A DNA stretch of 64,000 bases. Source: Mayamaea pseudoterrestris. Lineage: Eukaryota. The notes under the pieces are model-generated. The model saw only the letters and a program-made list of their open reading frames with translations. It searched no databases and was not told where the DNA came from. The stretch lies in contig BROI01000006.1 in NCBI GenBank assembly GCA_027923505.1, positions 186,001 through 250,000 on the forward strand, given 5' to 3'. The first letter of the stretch is position 1. Each line of letters starts with the position of its first letter. Shown one piece after another: positions 35,590-47,614 of the stretch. A program made the position numbers and the translations under genes.

Positions 35590-36456
35590 ATGATGGATCA
35601 ATCGAACCTATCTTCACTCTTGTCGACGGCCTTCTTTGCCGGCTTTATATCCCTGGCCATTTACATGTGGTTCATTCATCCGTATCTTCCCATGCAACAA
35701 CAACGACACGCACCACCTGCTCCATCGCCTCAGCTACAACAAGAACAACAAGATAAATCTGCATCATCCACCAGCAAAGCATCACAAGTACCTAGTCACG
35801 TTTCCGATCAGAGCGCCAAGATTGCCAGCAGCAACGGCCAAAACTTGCTGCGCGACGGCTTGGTGGCCTTTGTGCACACGCGCGCGGCGACCGACCAGGA
35901 AACACTGTCGCTGCATCGAACGGATCGCGCCACTGTATTAGCTAAACTGACTTTGTATTCAAAAGTTGAAAATGAAAATGGAAGCATCAAGACGACTCAG
36001 CCAGTCTTGATTTCGCCGCCCGCCAAGGGAAGCATTGTGATTGTGGCAGTGCCAGTGACTGACGTTGGCTGCACGAAGCTGCATCGCGTCCTATATTTAC
36101 TAGCGACATACTACAATCTCATTCTCGTACTTGGAGATGCCGACGAGTCGCATGCCAATGATGCTGCTGCATACAAAGCCAGTCTCGTGCAGCAGCTGCG
36201 AACAGCCCAGGAGCATGCAGCATTGTCAAGCGCCATTCTCCCGAATCATCGCATCATACTATCGTCAACTATTACGGGACGAGTCGCCTTGGTGCGGCAA
36301 GTGGAAAAGGCGGAGCTAGTACTGGACTATGACGTGCAGGTGGAGCAACAACTGGAGCGGTTCAATCGCAAGGTGATTACCTATGGAGGCTTGTCTTCGT
36401 GCCAGCCTAAACGGGAAGGCGTTTCGGCGCTTGGAGGCGAGCTGCTATCGCAATAA
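35590..36456 (+). CDS. PEX22: Peroxin PEX22-like membrane anchor
   Basis: Single N-terminal TM helix; C-terminal HRIILSSTITGRVALVRQVE...LDYDVQVEQQLERF resembles the plant PEX22 C-terminal motif as I recall it. Confidence 0.7.
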   Translation: MMDQSNLSSLLSTAFFAGFISLAIYMWFIHPYLPMQQQRHAPPAPSPQLQQEQQDKSASSTSKASQVPSHVSDQSAKIASSNGQNLLRDGLVAFVHTRAATDQETLSLHRTDRATVLAKLTLYSKVENENGSIKTTQPVLISPPAKGSIVIVAVPVTDVGCTKLHRVLYLLATYYNLILVLGDADESHANDAAAYKASLVQQLRTAQEHAALSSAILPNHRIILSSTITGRVALVRQVEKAELVLDYDVQVEQQLERFNRKVITYGGLSSCQPKREGVSALGGELLSQ

Positions 36457-36655
36457 TAGACTATTCTCATCAACTAAATGTATGCTGCTGTTACACGACT
36501 TGTTAGTTAGTATCTAAACGTCATTACAAACAAAGTATGCCTCCCCATTGATCCCAGAGTTCGTCGCACACCCTGCTGCCCATCCAATCGCATCAAAGAT
36601 ATTCATTCACCAGAATCAAACCGACGGGATGCATCCTCCGTAAAACATTATTAAA

Positions 36656-37541
36656 TTACTCGGCAGCAGTAGACTCCTCAGCAGCTGGAGCAGCATCATC
36701 CGTAGTCGTCAACTTTTCCAAGGCCGCAGCAGCTTCATCCGCCGCCGCGCCACCATCCGCTCCAGGAACATCAGCTCCATCAATCACCTTTTGCATCTCA
36801 TCTTGATACTTGGTAAAGTTCTCCTTAAAGGCATTGGCAATATCCGAGTTACCAAATCGAATGCAAAAGTCCGTCTCAAGTACTTCACCTTCCGCAAAAT
36901 CATTGGCCCGCCACACAACGGCGCGGTCATTATTCTCATGCGACACCAACTTGAGTCCGGGAATCAGCAAATGATTGACGATAATCTTCATGGTCTTTTC
37001 CTGCCGCATCAAGACTCTGATTTTACCGTGCTCCTTGTGCTGCAAAATCTTGAGCAAGCCAACGCCACGCTCCACCCATTGCTTGTTGCCAGTGCCCTTG
37101 TCAAGCATTGTCTCCTTGAACACGAACAGCTTGGCGCGCTGACTGTAGCAAACGTTCTATACATATAAGACAATAGAGAGAGATAGTTAACGATTAAAGT
37201 ATGAGCAAGAATGTGAATGATTTAAATAAAACGCCATCACTGCGCAATCATTGCGTACCTCCTCCTCTTCGCCGCTCGTGACTTCCACTTCCTCCAGTTG
37301 AACCTGCAGTAAAATATAACAAATTGTCAGTATAGATGAATCAATGGAAACTAAACCAATATAACATATGCAGTATCAATAAACTCACCACTGGCTCAAA
37401 GTGCGCCGTCGTGTTTTCCTCCTCCGGATGGTGGTCGTCGCCGTCAGCATTCGCTGCAGCCGCTCCATCGGCGGCGGCAGCAGTTTCCTCCTCGGACGTA
37501 GCAGCAGCAACGACAGGTTCCTCGTTGGTAGTGTCAGCCAT
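36656..37541 (-). CDS. RANBP1: Ran-binding protein 1; introns 37304-37388 and 37157-37258
   Basis: AHFEPV|VQLEEVEVTSGEEEE|NVCYSQRAKLFVF...WVERGVGLLKIL...RVLMRQEKTMKI...FCIRF. Confidence 0.95.
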
Positions 37542-37747
37542 GATGTTTAATAATAGTAGAGTTGATTGATTGCGCAAGCAAGTGAATGCGAGTTGTGTGC
37601 GCCAAGAGCAGCAGGGTCAACGAGACGCGCTGCGTCGTGGAGGCTCGCAACGGACGGCTCACAGATGCTGTCGGAACGGTACTACACGAGCGCTCGGGAG
37701 CAGTCGTCACATTCTTCCAGCGTCACAAATTCCGCGACGCCAATACC

Positions 37748-38808
37748 ATGATCCAATCGTCGGTCCGTGTCGCTTCCAGCCGCTGCATAAAGCTTGCTTC
37801 TAGTCCTTTATATGCAGCTAGACCATGTACAAAACGATTCTTTTCCACAAACCCGCCGCCTCCAAAATCTTCATCGCGAAATCTCGTTTGGCAGGTCGGT
37901 ACGGTGGCCGTCGTCGGGGGCGTCTACGTTGCGGCATCCAGCTACTTTAGTGGAGACGCTTGGCGGTACAATCAAGACGGAGAGGAACCAAAGGAAGGAG
38001 TCGTGGCCCCTCCGCAGGCGCAGGTTACTTCGAAAGTGTACTTTGACGTAACGATTGACAATCAGCCGGCTGGTCGGATTGTGTTTGGATTGCATGGAAA
38101 TGTTGTTCCAAAGACTGCCGCCAACTTTGAAAGCCTTTGCCGAGGACATGTTTTGAACAAGACTGAAATGTCTTATAGAGAATCGCAAATGCACCGAATC
38201 ATTCCTGGCTTCATGGTAGGTTGGTATGGCCGCCGTAAAGTATAACAGCGGCATATGGAGCACATCACAATCATGAGAGTTTCAGTAAATAGATGCACCA
38301 TTTTTGTTGAAACGACACAAGGTGCTGGTAAGGGCTATAGCGAGAACCACGTCTCACTCCACTATTGTTATCCGCCTCATAGATACAAGGCGGTGAGCGA
38401 CCAGGCAAGTCAATATATCCGTCACTGCAGCACTTTGACAATCGATTTCCCGACGAGAATTTTCAGCTCAAGCATATTGGGCCTGGCATTTTGAGTATGG
38501 CCAACGCTGGTAAAGGTGAGTTTAATTGATGAATGTTTAATGGTCTTGTCGAGGCAGAACGAAAGAAACGTATGACTTAACGACCCTCAAATTTGCCAGA
38601 TACAAATACAAGCCAATACTTTATCACTACTGTAAAGACTCCTCATTTGGACGGAAAACACACAGTATTTGGTACGGTTTTAGAAGGATGGAATGTTGTC
38701 AAGGCCATGGAGGCGTGTGGAACATCGTCGGGCAGGCCAGCTCGCAGCGTTGTGTTGACAAATTGTGGAGTATTGGATGAGAATGACGATAAAAACACGG
38801 CACAATAG
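37748..38808 (+). CDS. Cyclophilin-type PPIase, mitochondrial presequence + short TM; introns 38216-38382 and 38516-38599
   Basis: KVYFDVTID...VPKTAANF...[12 protein letters not shown]...[10 protein letters not shown]...[33 protein letters not shown]. Confidence 0.95.
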
Positions 38809-38844
38809 CAAAATCATCATGCTTAATTATAGCGAAAGCCATAT

Positions 38845-40077
38845 CTAGAGCCATTCTATCGTTTTCTTTTGTAAATTATACTCACGAAGGTCACCATCGT
38901 CGTATTCTACTCGATGTTTGCCGCTCATAACATTAAACGCCGCAACGTGACCTTGATACCACTGACCATTCGACCACTGAATGGAAAGACGCCGTCCCAC
39001 GAGATCTTGTGGATCCTTCGAAACGACACTCAAAACTTCATTCGCAGATTGCAGACTGGCAAGAATTTCTTCCACGTCGTCGTTAGGAAACTCGACACTT
39101 TGATACACGAGCAGCGTTCCCTGCATAAACCTATTCTTCTCCACCAAGGACGAATGAGAGCCACCTAAAAGCTCTACAGCCTCATCGTCGCTGGAAATCT
39201 CCACAGTATGCTCATCATCAACAAAGATCCAGTGTCCAATGTCAGTTCGAACAAGTGCTGCATTGTGATCGCCTTCCTCAACAAGTTCGTCAGGATCGCA
39301 GTCAAGATCAATCACATGCAATATTCCACCGCGCAACTGATATTCGTAATCCTTGCCATCGTGTTGCATGACAAGAGTAGACGTAATGAGCATTCCGTCG
39401 GTCTCGAAATTATTTTGCGTTTTTGTTGGTATCCTTCGATCCAGATGAAACAACCAAACATTTGGCAGTGAGTCCAATACAAGCATTTTGGTCGTCGTTA
39501 ACGGCACATCTCCTTGATCATGTTCATTAGCATCGGAAGCAGCCCATTGATAACCATCTACTGCAGTATTTTCGAGCTTGGCATTGAAGGCTGCTTGGAT
39601 CGAATCGTAATCAGTTGATAGTGAGAAGGGACACGAGATTGCTCGTTTCTTGGTTTGTTTCGAGCATATAATCTCATCATCTCGTGTTCCTTCAATCAGA
39701 AAATGCGCTTGTCCTCCATCCAGCGTCATGGCAAACACATTATTCAACGTGGGATCTGCGAGGGAGCGAAGTTCCTGGAGAATCTTGGCGAGTGCTGTCA
39801 CTGCATCGCCAAGAAGTCTATGATTCAAGCCAATGTCGCGCCGCAAAGCTTCATACAACTCTGTCGGATCAATGGCAGATTCATCGGAGCTTGAATCATT
39901 GCAATATACTCTACAAAAGGAGCTCAAGGAAGTGAGCCACGACGGGTCGGTGACGGAATTCTTTCGCAGGGCTAGGGCTCGTCGAAGAGGGCTGAGACAG
40001 TGACAAAAGACGACCAACGCGCTCGAAATGTGACAGCCAGTTCCTGATGAATTGATTATGCCTCGGACAACAGTCAT
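38845..40077 (-). CDS. Divergent USP (C19) deubiquitinase-like domain + C-terminal Tudor-like domain
   Basis: Cys box-like RGIINSSGTGCHISSAL; His box-like YQLRGGILH...EGDHNAALVR...WIFVDDE; DLVGRRLSIQWSNGQWYQGHV...HRVEYDDGD. Confidence 0.75.
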   Translation of the reverse strand: MTVVRGIINSSGTGCHISSALVVFCHCLSPLRRALALRKNSVTDPSWLTSLSSFCRVYCNDSSSDESAIDPTELYEALRRDIGLNHRLLGDAVTALAKILQELRSLADPTLNNVFAMTLDGGQAHFLIEGTRDDEIICSKQTKKRAISCPFSLSTDYDSIQAAFNAKLENTAVDGYQWAASDANEHDQGDVPLTTTKMLVLDSLPNVWLFHLDRRIPTKTQNNFETDGMLITSTLVMQHDGKDYEYQLRGGILHVIDLDCDPDELVEEGDHNAALVRTDIGHWIFVDDEHTVEISSDDEAVELLGGSHSSLVEKNRFMQGTLLVYQSVEFPNDDVEEILASLQSANEVLSVVSKDPQDLVGRRLSIQWSNGQWYQGHVAAFNVMSGKHRVEYDDGDLREYNLQKKTIEWL

Positions 40078-40388
40078 GCTTGTATAATTGGATGGTCAAA
40101 TTAAATGAAGAAACGAGTGTGGGTGGCTTGACCATCCGTCGCCAAGTCGCGTTTTCAACCAGTCCCGGTACGATTATCAAGCGGTAACCGCTACGACAGC
40201 TTTGGTGAAATAATTAGCGTTGGATAACCGCTACGACATGGCACGCGTACGTTTCACCATGATGAATCATTCGCGACATGCCGATGCAACATGCAAAATA
40301 CTTCCACAAACCAACGCAGAAAAGAGGTTTCTTCCTTCTTCTTAAAGGTCAAGGAAGTCTTTAAGCATACAAGCAAGTAAATTTGACA

Positions 40389-41887
40389 ATGGCACACCGG
40401 TCGCCAGATGCATTGCTAGACCTTCACTCGTCTCGTCGACGAAGGACAAGAATAAGATCGACAGGGATGTTGCTTCCAATTACAATCTACGTTCTGGCTA
40501 CACTATCTTTTGCTCATGCATTTAGTTCCAATCACGTTCAGCCTGCTAATGGGCATTCCTCGAGACAAGGGCATCAGCTGCTGTCTTCATCGGCGTCACC
40601 ACGTATTCAAACTTGCAAACGATTACCGACTGTTCGACACGCTGAAAGCATTTCAACGCGACAAGTAGTTGGCGACTGGGAGGAGCTGCACGGAAACTTT
40701 TTGCTGCGTCCATCTGTGGAAGCTGGACCGCCTCGAGCGCTCATTCACTTTCTTGGTGGCGCCATTGTGGGCGCATCTCCGCACATTACATATCGCTACA
40801 TGCTGGAGCGGCTGGCAGAAAAGGGATTTCTTGTCATTGCGACTCCGTACGACTTGTCGTTTGACCATTTAAGTACATGCGATGCTGTCATTTCGAGATT
40901 TGAACGCATCGCTTCGTTGCTCGCACAAACTTATGGAGCGCTGCCAGTAGTTGGCGTCGGCCACTCGTGTGGCGCTCTGCTGCAGCTCCTCATCACCAGT
41001 CTCTTCCCAGACACGCCTCGAGCCGCCAATGCTCTCATTTCCTACAACAATAAACCAGTGTCGGATGCCATACCTCTATTTGATGAAGTTTTCGCGCCCT
41101 TGTTTACGTATGCAGCCGCACGCAATGATCCGAACCGCCATTCGGGCAGTAAAATCATTTCCGTCGGGCTCGACTTGGCCAAGGCTGCCGCCATTGGTCA
41201 AGTGCCATCGGATGACTTGCTTTCGGAAGCGGCAAGACTAGTTGTGCCTCCAGCATTTTCGAATACGGAGAGTGGTGACCGACAGAGAATAGCTGTACCA
41301 AAAGAGTTAAGGGACTTGTTTCAGTCATTCGCATCACCCGTGACAACGGCACTATCTGAATCTGGATTTACATCCATTGTATCCGAAACGTTTGATACGC
41401 TGCAGCAAGTTCCAAAATTGATTGACGAAGTGGCGGACGGAGCACGAGACTTTGTGCCACCACCAGCGTTGGTCAAGAGCATGACACGGAAAGGTGAGTT
41501 GCAAAAACTCGAGACTACTAGGGAAATGCGAATGCTAAAATTCTGACTAATCATTTCCTTTTCACTTTGTGTTTAGCCTATCGCGCCCGACGAACCTTGA
41601 TCTTACAGTATATGGAAGATCCAATCGATGAATCGAACGAGCTTGAGGAGTTATTGAACGCTGCGGGTCAAATCATTCGCAACAAGCGGCCCATGATTCA
41701 GATTGATGTACAGAAACGACAACTGGCCGGCGGGCATGCGGCTCCTCTACTTGCACCTCCATTGGATTTGGCGACTCGAGCAGAAACAGTCTTGGGAGTG
41801 GAAGCGGCGAAGGAGAATCTGCGATACAAGGAGGCCGATCAGACTGTTGAAGAGTTGAGCCGCTGGTTGGAAGACGCCAACCTTTAA
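40389..41887 (+). CDS. DUF1350 alpha/beta-hydrolase-like plastid protein; intron 41494-41576 (true start possibly 40467)
   Basis: ALIHFLGGAIVGASPHITYRYMLERL, ATPYDLSFDH, GVGHSCGA; signal peptide MLLPITIYVLATLSFAHA-F. Confidence 0.88.
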
Positions 41888-42000
41888 TTATCGCCGCGAT
41901 ACACACTGTGTACATACATTCGTAAATGTTATTTTATAAGGCGCGTCCTTTGCTCTAGCAAAATCTTTGCATTATTTTCAGTAATAGAATCGTTAACTTT

Positions 42001-43160
42001 TCACACATCTGCTTCCTTTGCTGGCGATAAGGGTACCTCTTGCATCGCCTCACTTTCCTCGTCCAATAATTTGGAAGGCGATTCACTTGCAATAGTATCA
42101 CTGACCTCATCAGTTTGACTCGAGTGCTCGACCTCGGACGATGGTTGGTGGACAATATCATCCACCTCAAACGTTTTCTGAGCCGGCTCCGGTTCGACTT
42201 CGACTTGCGCAAGGTCAATAGCTTTAGCACCGACACCTACATATTCAAAATCCACATTTTCGGGAATTGAATCACTGGATTCTGCATGTTTCCCAAAGGC
42301 TGCACTAGCTGTAGAAGGCACGCCAAAGAGTTCGGCTGCGCTCTTGATGGACTCGCCGCTTTTTGGCGCCGGAGTCACCGTTGTCTCGCTCGTCAAAATT
42401 AAATTAGCGGGAACCTCCACTGGATCCAATTCTTTCGGTAACTTAGTAAAGGGGGATCCAAAGAGCTCAATAGCACTCTTGACAGATTCGCCGCTTTTTG
42501 GAGCCTGCTGTAGTGGAGCGGCTGGCGCGTCTTCGTCTCTTTCGGCAGAACCATCAGCATTTAATATTTCACTGGGACTTGTGCCCTGCGAGGAGAACAA
42601 AGCCGTTGCTGATTGCTGCGGTAACAATTGCGGTGTGGAGAAAATGTCTTGCGGCGAAACCGTCTTTGAAACCTCAGCTGCTGCATCCGACGCAGCTGGA
42701 GCTGTCCCAACGCGAGCGGGCGGTGGCGAAGCAAAGAGTGAGCTAGCAGTCGCTGTTGGAGCAGGTGGAAACTTGGAGATACTAGATGCTGGCGGCGGAG
42801 CTGGGAATTTGCTCGCTACCAATCCAGGTGGGGATGGGAAAGGTACTGCTGCTGCTGGCGGCTGTGCAAAGGGACTGCTCGTCATAGCTGGCGTTGCAGT
42901 TGACGCCGCAGAAATACTACTTTGACCTTCAGATGACACTCTCGGCGGCGTTGGAAAGGTTCCTAAAACTCCAGCAGGCGGCGATGGAAACGTGGACATT
43001 GACTGTGACCTCGGAGATGTCAAATCAGTCCGCCTTGGAGGAGCAGGAAAAAGGCTACCTGAAGATGGTCCCGACGCGGTTGCTACAACTCTAGAAATAG
43101 GGGCACTTGGCGCAGCTGGTGACTGGTATGCACCCGCAGGCGGTGGCATAAACAACGTTG

Positions 43161-43191
<31 letters not shown>

Positions 43192-44544
43192 TCCCTGTCC
43201 AAACCCATGACTCACTCCCGGTACTCCAGGCGGCGAGACAAACGACGGATAAGCAGCCGAAGCTGGCGCCGAAACGGCAGCATAGGGAGCCTGCGGCATG
43301 GGCCTGCCAGTCATGGGGTCAATTGGAACGTAACGCTGCAAGCCTGCTCGCGCCCCTCCACTGGCAAAGACCGAGTGTCCGCCGGCGAACGGATTCGGTC
43401 CACCAGGAGTAGACCCAGGTGGTGCTAAACTACCATCGCCGCTTGCAGTATTTCCCATTGATCCTATTGATGCTGCATTCCCCGACGTTGGTGGCGGAGG
43501 TGCTAATCGCTGACCCGACGTTGGAGCCTGCGAGTGACCATACTTTTCCTGCAATCGCTTGTCCGAGCTTGACGAATGAAAACCATCCGGTAGCAAGACG
43601 CGCTTGTTTTTTGGATTGTAAATGTGCGCCGACGAGTATCCACGAGTGGCGTAGGCGCTGCTGTTGCTTCCGCCCGATGATGGAGGTTGCTGCTGGAGCG
43701 ATGGTTGATCATTGGAAGAGCTCGCCACGTAGGGAGACGCAGCCGAAGCAGTACCAGCAAGCGGAGGCTGACTCGTCGTCGACAAGGGCGGCTCCGGCAT
43801 AATGTCTGCCGAATTTGCAATAGGCGACTTGTGCGCTGCCAGCGGTGTATCAAAGACAGACGCTGGTGGTCCAGGAGGAATATCTTGCTGCTGCTGCTGC
43901 TGCTGCAAGTTCATCATAGGCGGCGGTCCTCCCATGGGCGGCGGCGGCAAACTCGAGTTACTATAGTTGATTCTCAAGCCGCCCAAGTCGACTCCTGGCG
44001 GTAGACCAACCCCTCCATTATCAAGCGCCTGCTGCGTTTCTCGCTGCAACTGAATCGGTAGCAAGTATTGACGAATTCGATCCAACGTGGCAACGTCGTA
44101 TGGCGTTTGACCGGCATGGTTCTTCGCCAAGGGACTCGCATGAAACTCCGTGACAAGTTTGTGAACCATATTGTAAATGGCATCCTTGTTTGACCCCGCA
44201 CTGGAAGCTGCCGCGTGCAACGGCGTGTCACCCACTGCATCGCAGACATGCACGATATGATTCAAATCACCTCCAGCACTGCTCGTCAACAAGTAATCCA
44301 TGACCCGCAAGAGTCCATACTGACATGCAACATGAAGCGCCGTCTGCTGCTTGGCCACATTGACAATGACGAGACTCATTGGCATGGCGCTGCCAGCATC
44401 TGAACCAAACTGATAGGCCGCCTCCATGGCTCCCTGCTCGTCGGCACGCGTGCAGCAGTGCACAAAGAGACCTGGCGGATCCGTGGGAGGTGGAGCCACT
44501 GCCTGGGAAATGGTTTCCAGCTGCTGCGTGACCCAATTGAACAT
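42001..44544 (-). CDS. Ankyrin-repeat protein with long Pro/Ser/Gln-rich disordered tail
   Basis: TALHVACQYG, GDTPLHAAA, GQTPYDVA; poly-Q tracts; repeated FPxPP and APKSGESxKSAxELFG motifs. Confidence 0.85.
43163..43190. repeat. (CAG/CTG)n microsatellite encoding poly-Gln
   Basis: About nine TGC triplets inside the ankyrin CDS. Confidence 0.9.
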
Positions 44545-45064
44545 GCTTGTAGGGTATCTACTGATGGCAATACGGAAATGAAAAAAGGTTCTTCGTATGT
44601 TTGTTTTCACTTGTCACTCGTGTTACTGTTTAGTATAGTTCCAACTTGGAACCTTATTCAGACTATGATATCAGCACTCTATAATTTAAAAGAGGTTTGA
44701 GTAACTCTCAGATACCGTATACATTCAGTGTCGGCGTCTATTTTTTGCACCATCTACGCAACCGCCATGGTCGCGAGTCTCTTTCGTCATCGACGAGCGG
44801 TCGCCGCGCCCCTAATGACTGTCGCACCGTTTTCCGCTATAACGGTGCGACATCGTCTTCCGTTTTCACGAATTGAAACGGTCGGCACGATGGCGGCAAA
44901 CAAACATTGTAAGAGTAAGCAACGACGGAACTGGACAGATCCTCTGTCCCGGTAGCAAAGGATCGCAAAGAAGCTGCTGCTGGTGTTTGAATAAGAAAGA
45001 TTTGTTAGAATCACATATTTTTGAGCCACACGCTGCGCAACTAATCTAAGCACAAACCAAAATC

Positions 45065-47472
45065 ATGCCGACGCATCAACTGCAACGGATTGCATCTGCA
45101 AAGCAGCACTCATGGCGTCAATTCGCAATATCCATTGCTGCAGCAGCATCACTTGCTCTCATTGCCATTGTAGTATGGAGACAAGAGTCGCAAATTGCAT
45201 CAGTTTCCGCTCCTCTTGCTGCAGGTACACGCCGTCTATCATCATCATCGCAGTCGCTACTACCCACGTTGACAGTGTTTGGCCACTCGCAGACAAACCC
45301 AATTGCGCGCAAGCAGTTGGAGGATTTACATCACATTGCTTCCACCGATACAGTCCAATTGAATGTGCAATTCTTATCGCAGTCGGAACACCGAGAGTTT
45401 GTCCAGGCAAAGTGCAGCAGCGAGGAAAACGTAACAGCCTTGCAACAGTTTGACGCCTTGACGCAAGCCAAGCTGGAGCACTTGGCGACGGAGCTTTACA
45501 AGTGGTGTGCACTGTCGTTGAATGGCGCGGTTTACTTGGACTCTGCGAGTCCGCTACTGATGAGGCTGCCGCAAGTGGTTGCCGCTGCTGATGACACTGC
45601 AAGCGTGGCTATTTTGGGTGACAATTACTTTACGCAAACGATTCATGGTTCACTGACTGTACTGAGGCCAAAGCACGCTTATATTGCCAAGGAAATGCTC
45701 AAGTTGCTGGTGGAAACCTCTGTTTCAGTCTTGCAGACAAGTCCTCTATTAATTCCACGTGCACTGTACGCCCTCATTGCCGTGGATGCAAAGCAAACGT
45801 CGCTTGTGCCTGGAAGAAATGGCGACTCTTGGCTCTTGCTGGAGCAATCGTGCCACATGGATCCAATGACGCGGTCGTGGTCGTCCCAAAGTAGCTGGAC
45901 CGATATGAATAGTCATCGGATTGCTCATCACTGCGCCGACAAGGACGGCTTTTGCTGCATGATGCAAGATGTGGAATCGCATCAAACTGTACTATTGAGT
46001 CGGCATCCCATCTTTCCGTACCAAGTCATTCCAGATGATTCATTACTGCATCGACCATATAATGCAGAAGCGGGTCACTTTTCTCTCGACGACTTGCCCT
46101 ATATTTCAACCATTCGCGAGCAAGTCTTTGCGCGGCCCGAAAACATGCCGGCGACGCCCAACTTTTTCGACACGCTGCTTCGAAACGACTGCTTGCCAGC
46201 AAGTGATACCTGCAACAAGTGCTTGCGCAACAAGTCTGGTGCAGACTGCACGAAATGTGCCAAGGAATGCGACTGCTACTGCAAGACTTTGTGTCACGAA
46301 GCGCCGGAACAAAAGCATGTGGCCAAGGAACTCATTGTGACGCCACCAATGTATGCTCGTGATCCAAACCGCATTATCCCTCGCATTGTTCATCAAACAT
46401 GGTTTGAGCCATTGTCCAAGACCAAGTATCCCAACATGAGTCGACTGGTCGAGTCGTTTAAGCAATCCGGCTGGGACTACAAGTTTTGGTCGGATGCCGA
46501 GGCGCAAAACTTTTTGAGCACGCACTTTCCGTCAGAGATTCGCGAGGCGTACGATTCGCTGCGACCCGGCGCGTTCAAGGCTGATCTGTTTCGATACTGC
46601 GTCTTGCTCATTCATGGTGGCGTGTATGCAGGTACGTTTTCTTTAAATGCGATGCTTTGTTGTCCACGGTGAATACATCCTTTGTCCATCACTAACAACC
46701 TGTTCATTATTCGTACGTAGACGTGGACATTTTGCTCGAGTCGTCTTTGGACTTGTCGATTCCACCTGATGTTGGATTTATGGTGCCTACCGATGAGCCA
46801 GGAATGCCCGTGAACAAGCGGATGTGTTTGTGGAACGGTTTCATTGCTGCGGCACCGGGTCATCCATACCTAATAAAGGCGATCGAGACCGTCGTGAACC
46901 AAGTGCGCAATCGATTTACTTCGGTGGACAATGATGCCACGTATTGTCCTAATCCAGAACTTTCTATCCTTCATGCTTTTGACACATTATTTACTGCTGG
47001 TCCATGCATGCTGGGAGCGTCCATTAATCGAGTGCTCGGTCGGTCTCCGCAGACTCCTTTCTCGACTGGCGAGGTTGACGTACTGTCTGGTAAACAGGCT
47101 CCTTTGACCAAGGCTGGTACTTCTTTCGTCAGAGTATCCGACGATGTTTCGGCAAAGATCCCAGGTCGTACGATTATATTGCATCAGAACAAATGGGACA
47201 TGGGGGCGCATCGGTTTACTTTGCTGGAGAAGAACCTTGTCGTTGCTGCTACTGATCTTCCCGATTCCAATGATCGCGAGAAACTCGAGAGTGAGTCGAC
47301 TGGTACTGGCGGTGGTGTTCATTACAGCAAGACACATGCTAGAACCGGTATATATGGACTCGAAGGTCTTTATATCGACACGCGGAAGGCAGACGAAGAT
47401 ATATTGTTCTTCCTAGATGCGACACAGCAGTCACGCAATAAGGCGGAAGGCGCAATAGCTTTGAGTTCATAA
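45065..47472 (+). CDS. Golgi type II GT32 (OCH1-like, DXD) glycosyltransferase with an extra degenerate N-terminal GT-like domain; intron 46632-46720
   Basis: N-terminal TM; RIIPRIVHQTW, GAFKADLFRYCVLLIHGGVYA|DVD, FIAAAPGHPYL, FTAGP. Confidence 0.9.
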
Positions 47473-47614
47473 AATCATAGCTTAGCGAGGTTAACTCATT
47501 ATACCGGTATGAGGTAGCTAGTATGTAATAGCGCCATGCCGAGTGTGCTATAGCGTGCACACGATTCTGTACCCAATGGCATGGATTGATATTTTTTGCA
47601 ATTGTGGGCAAGTC

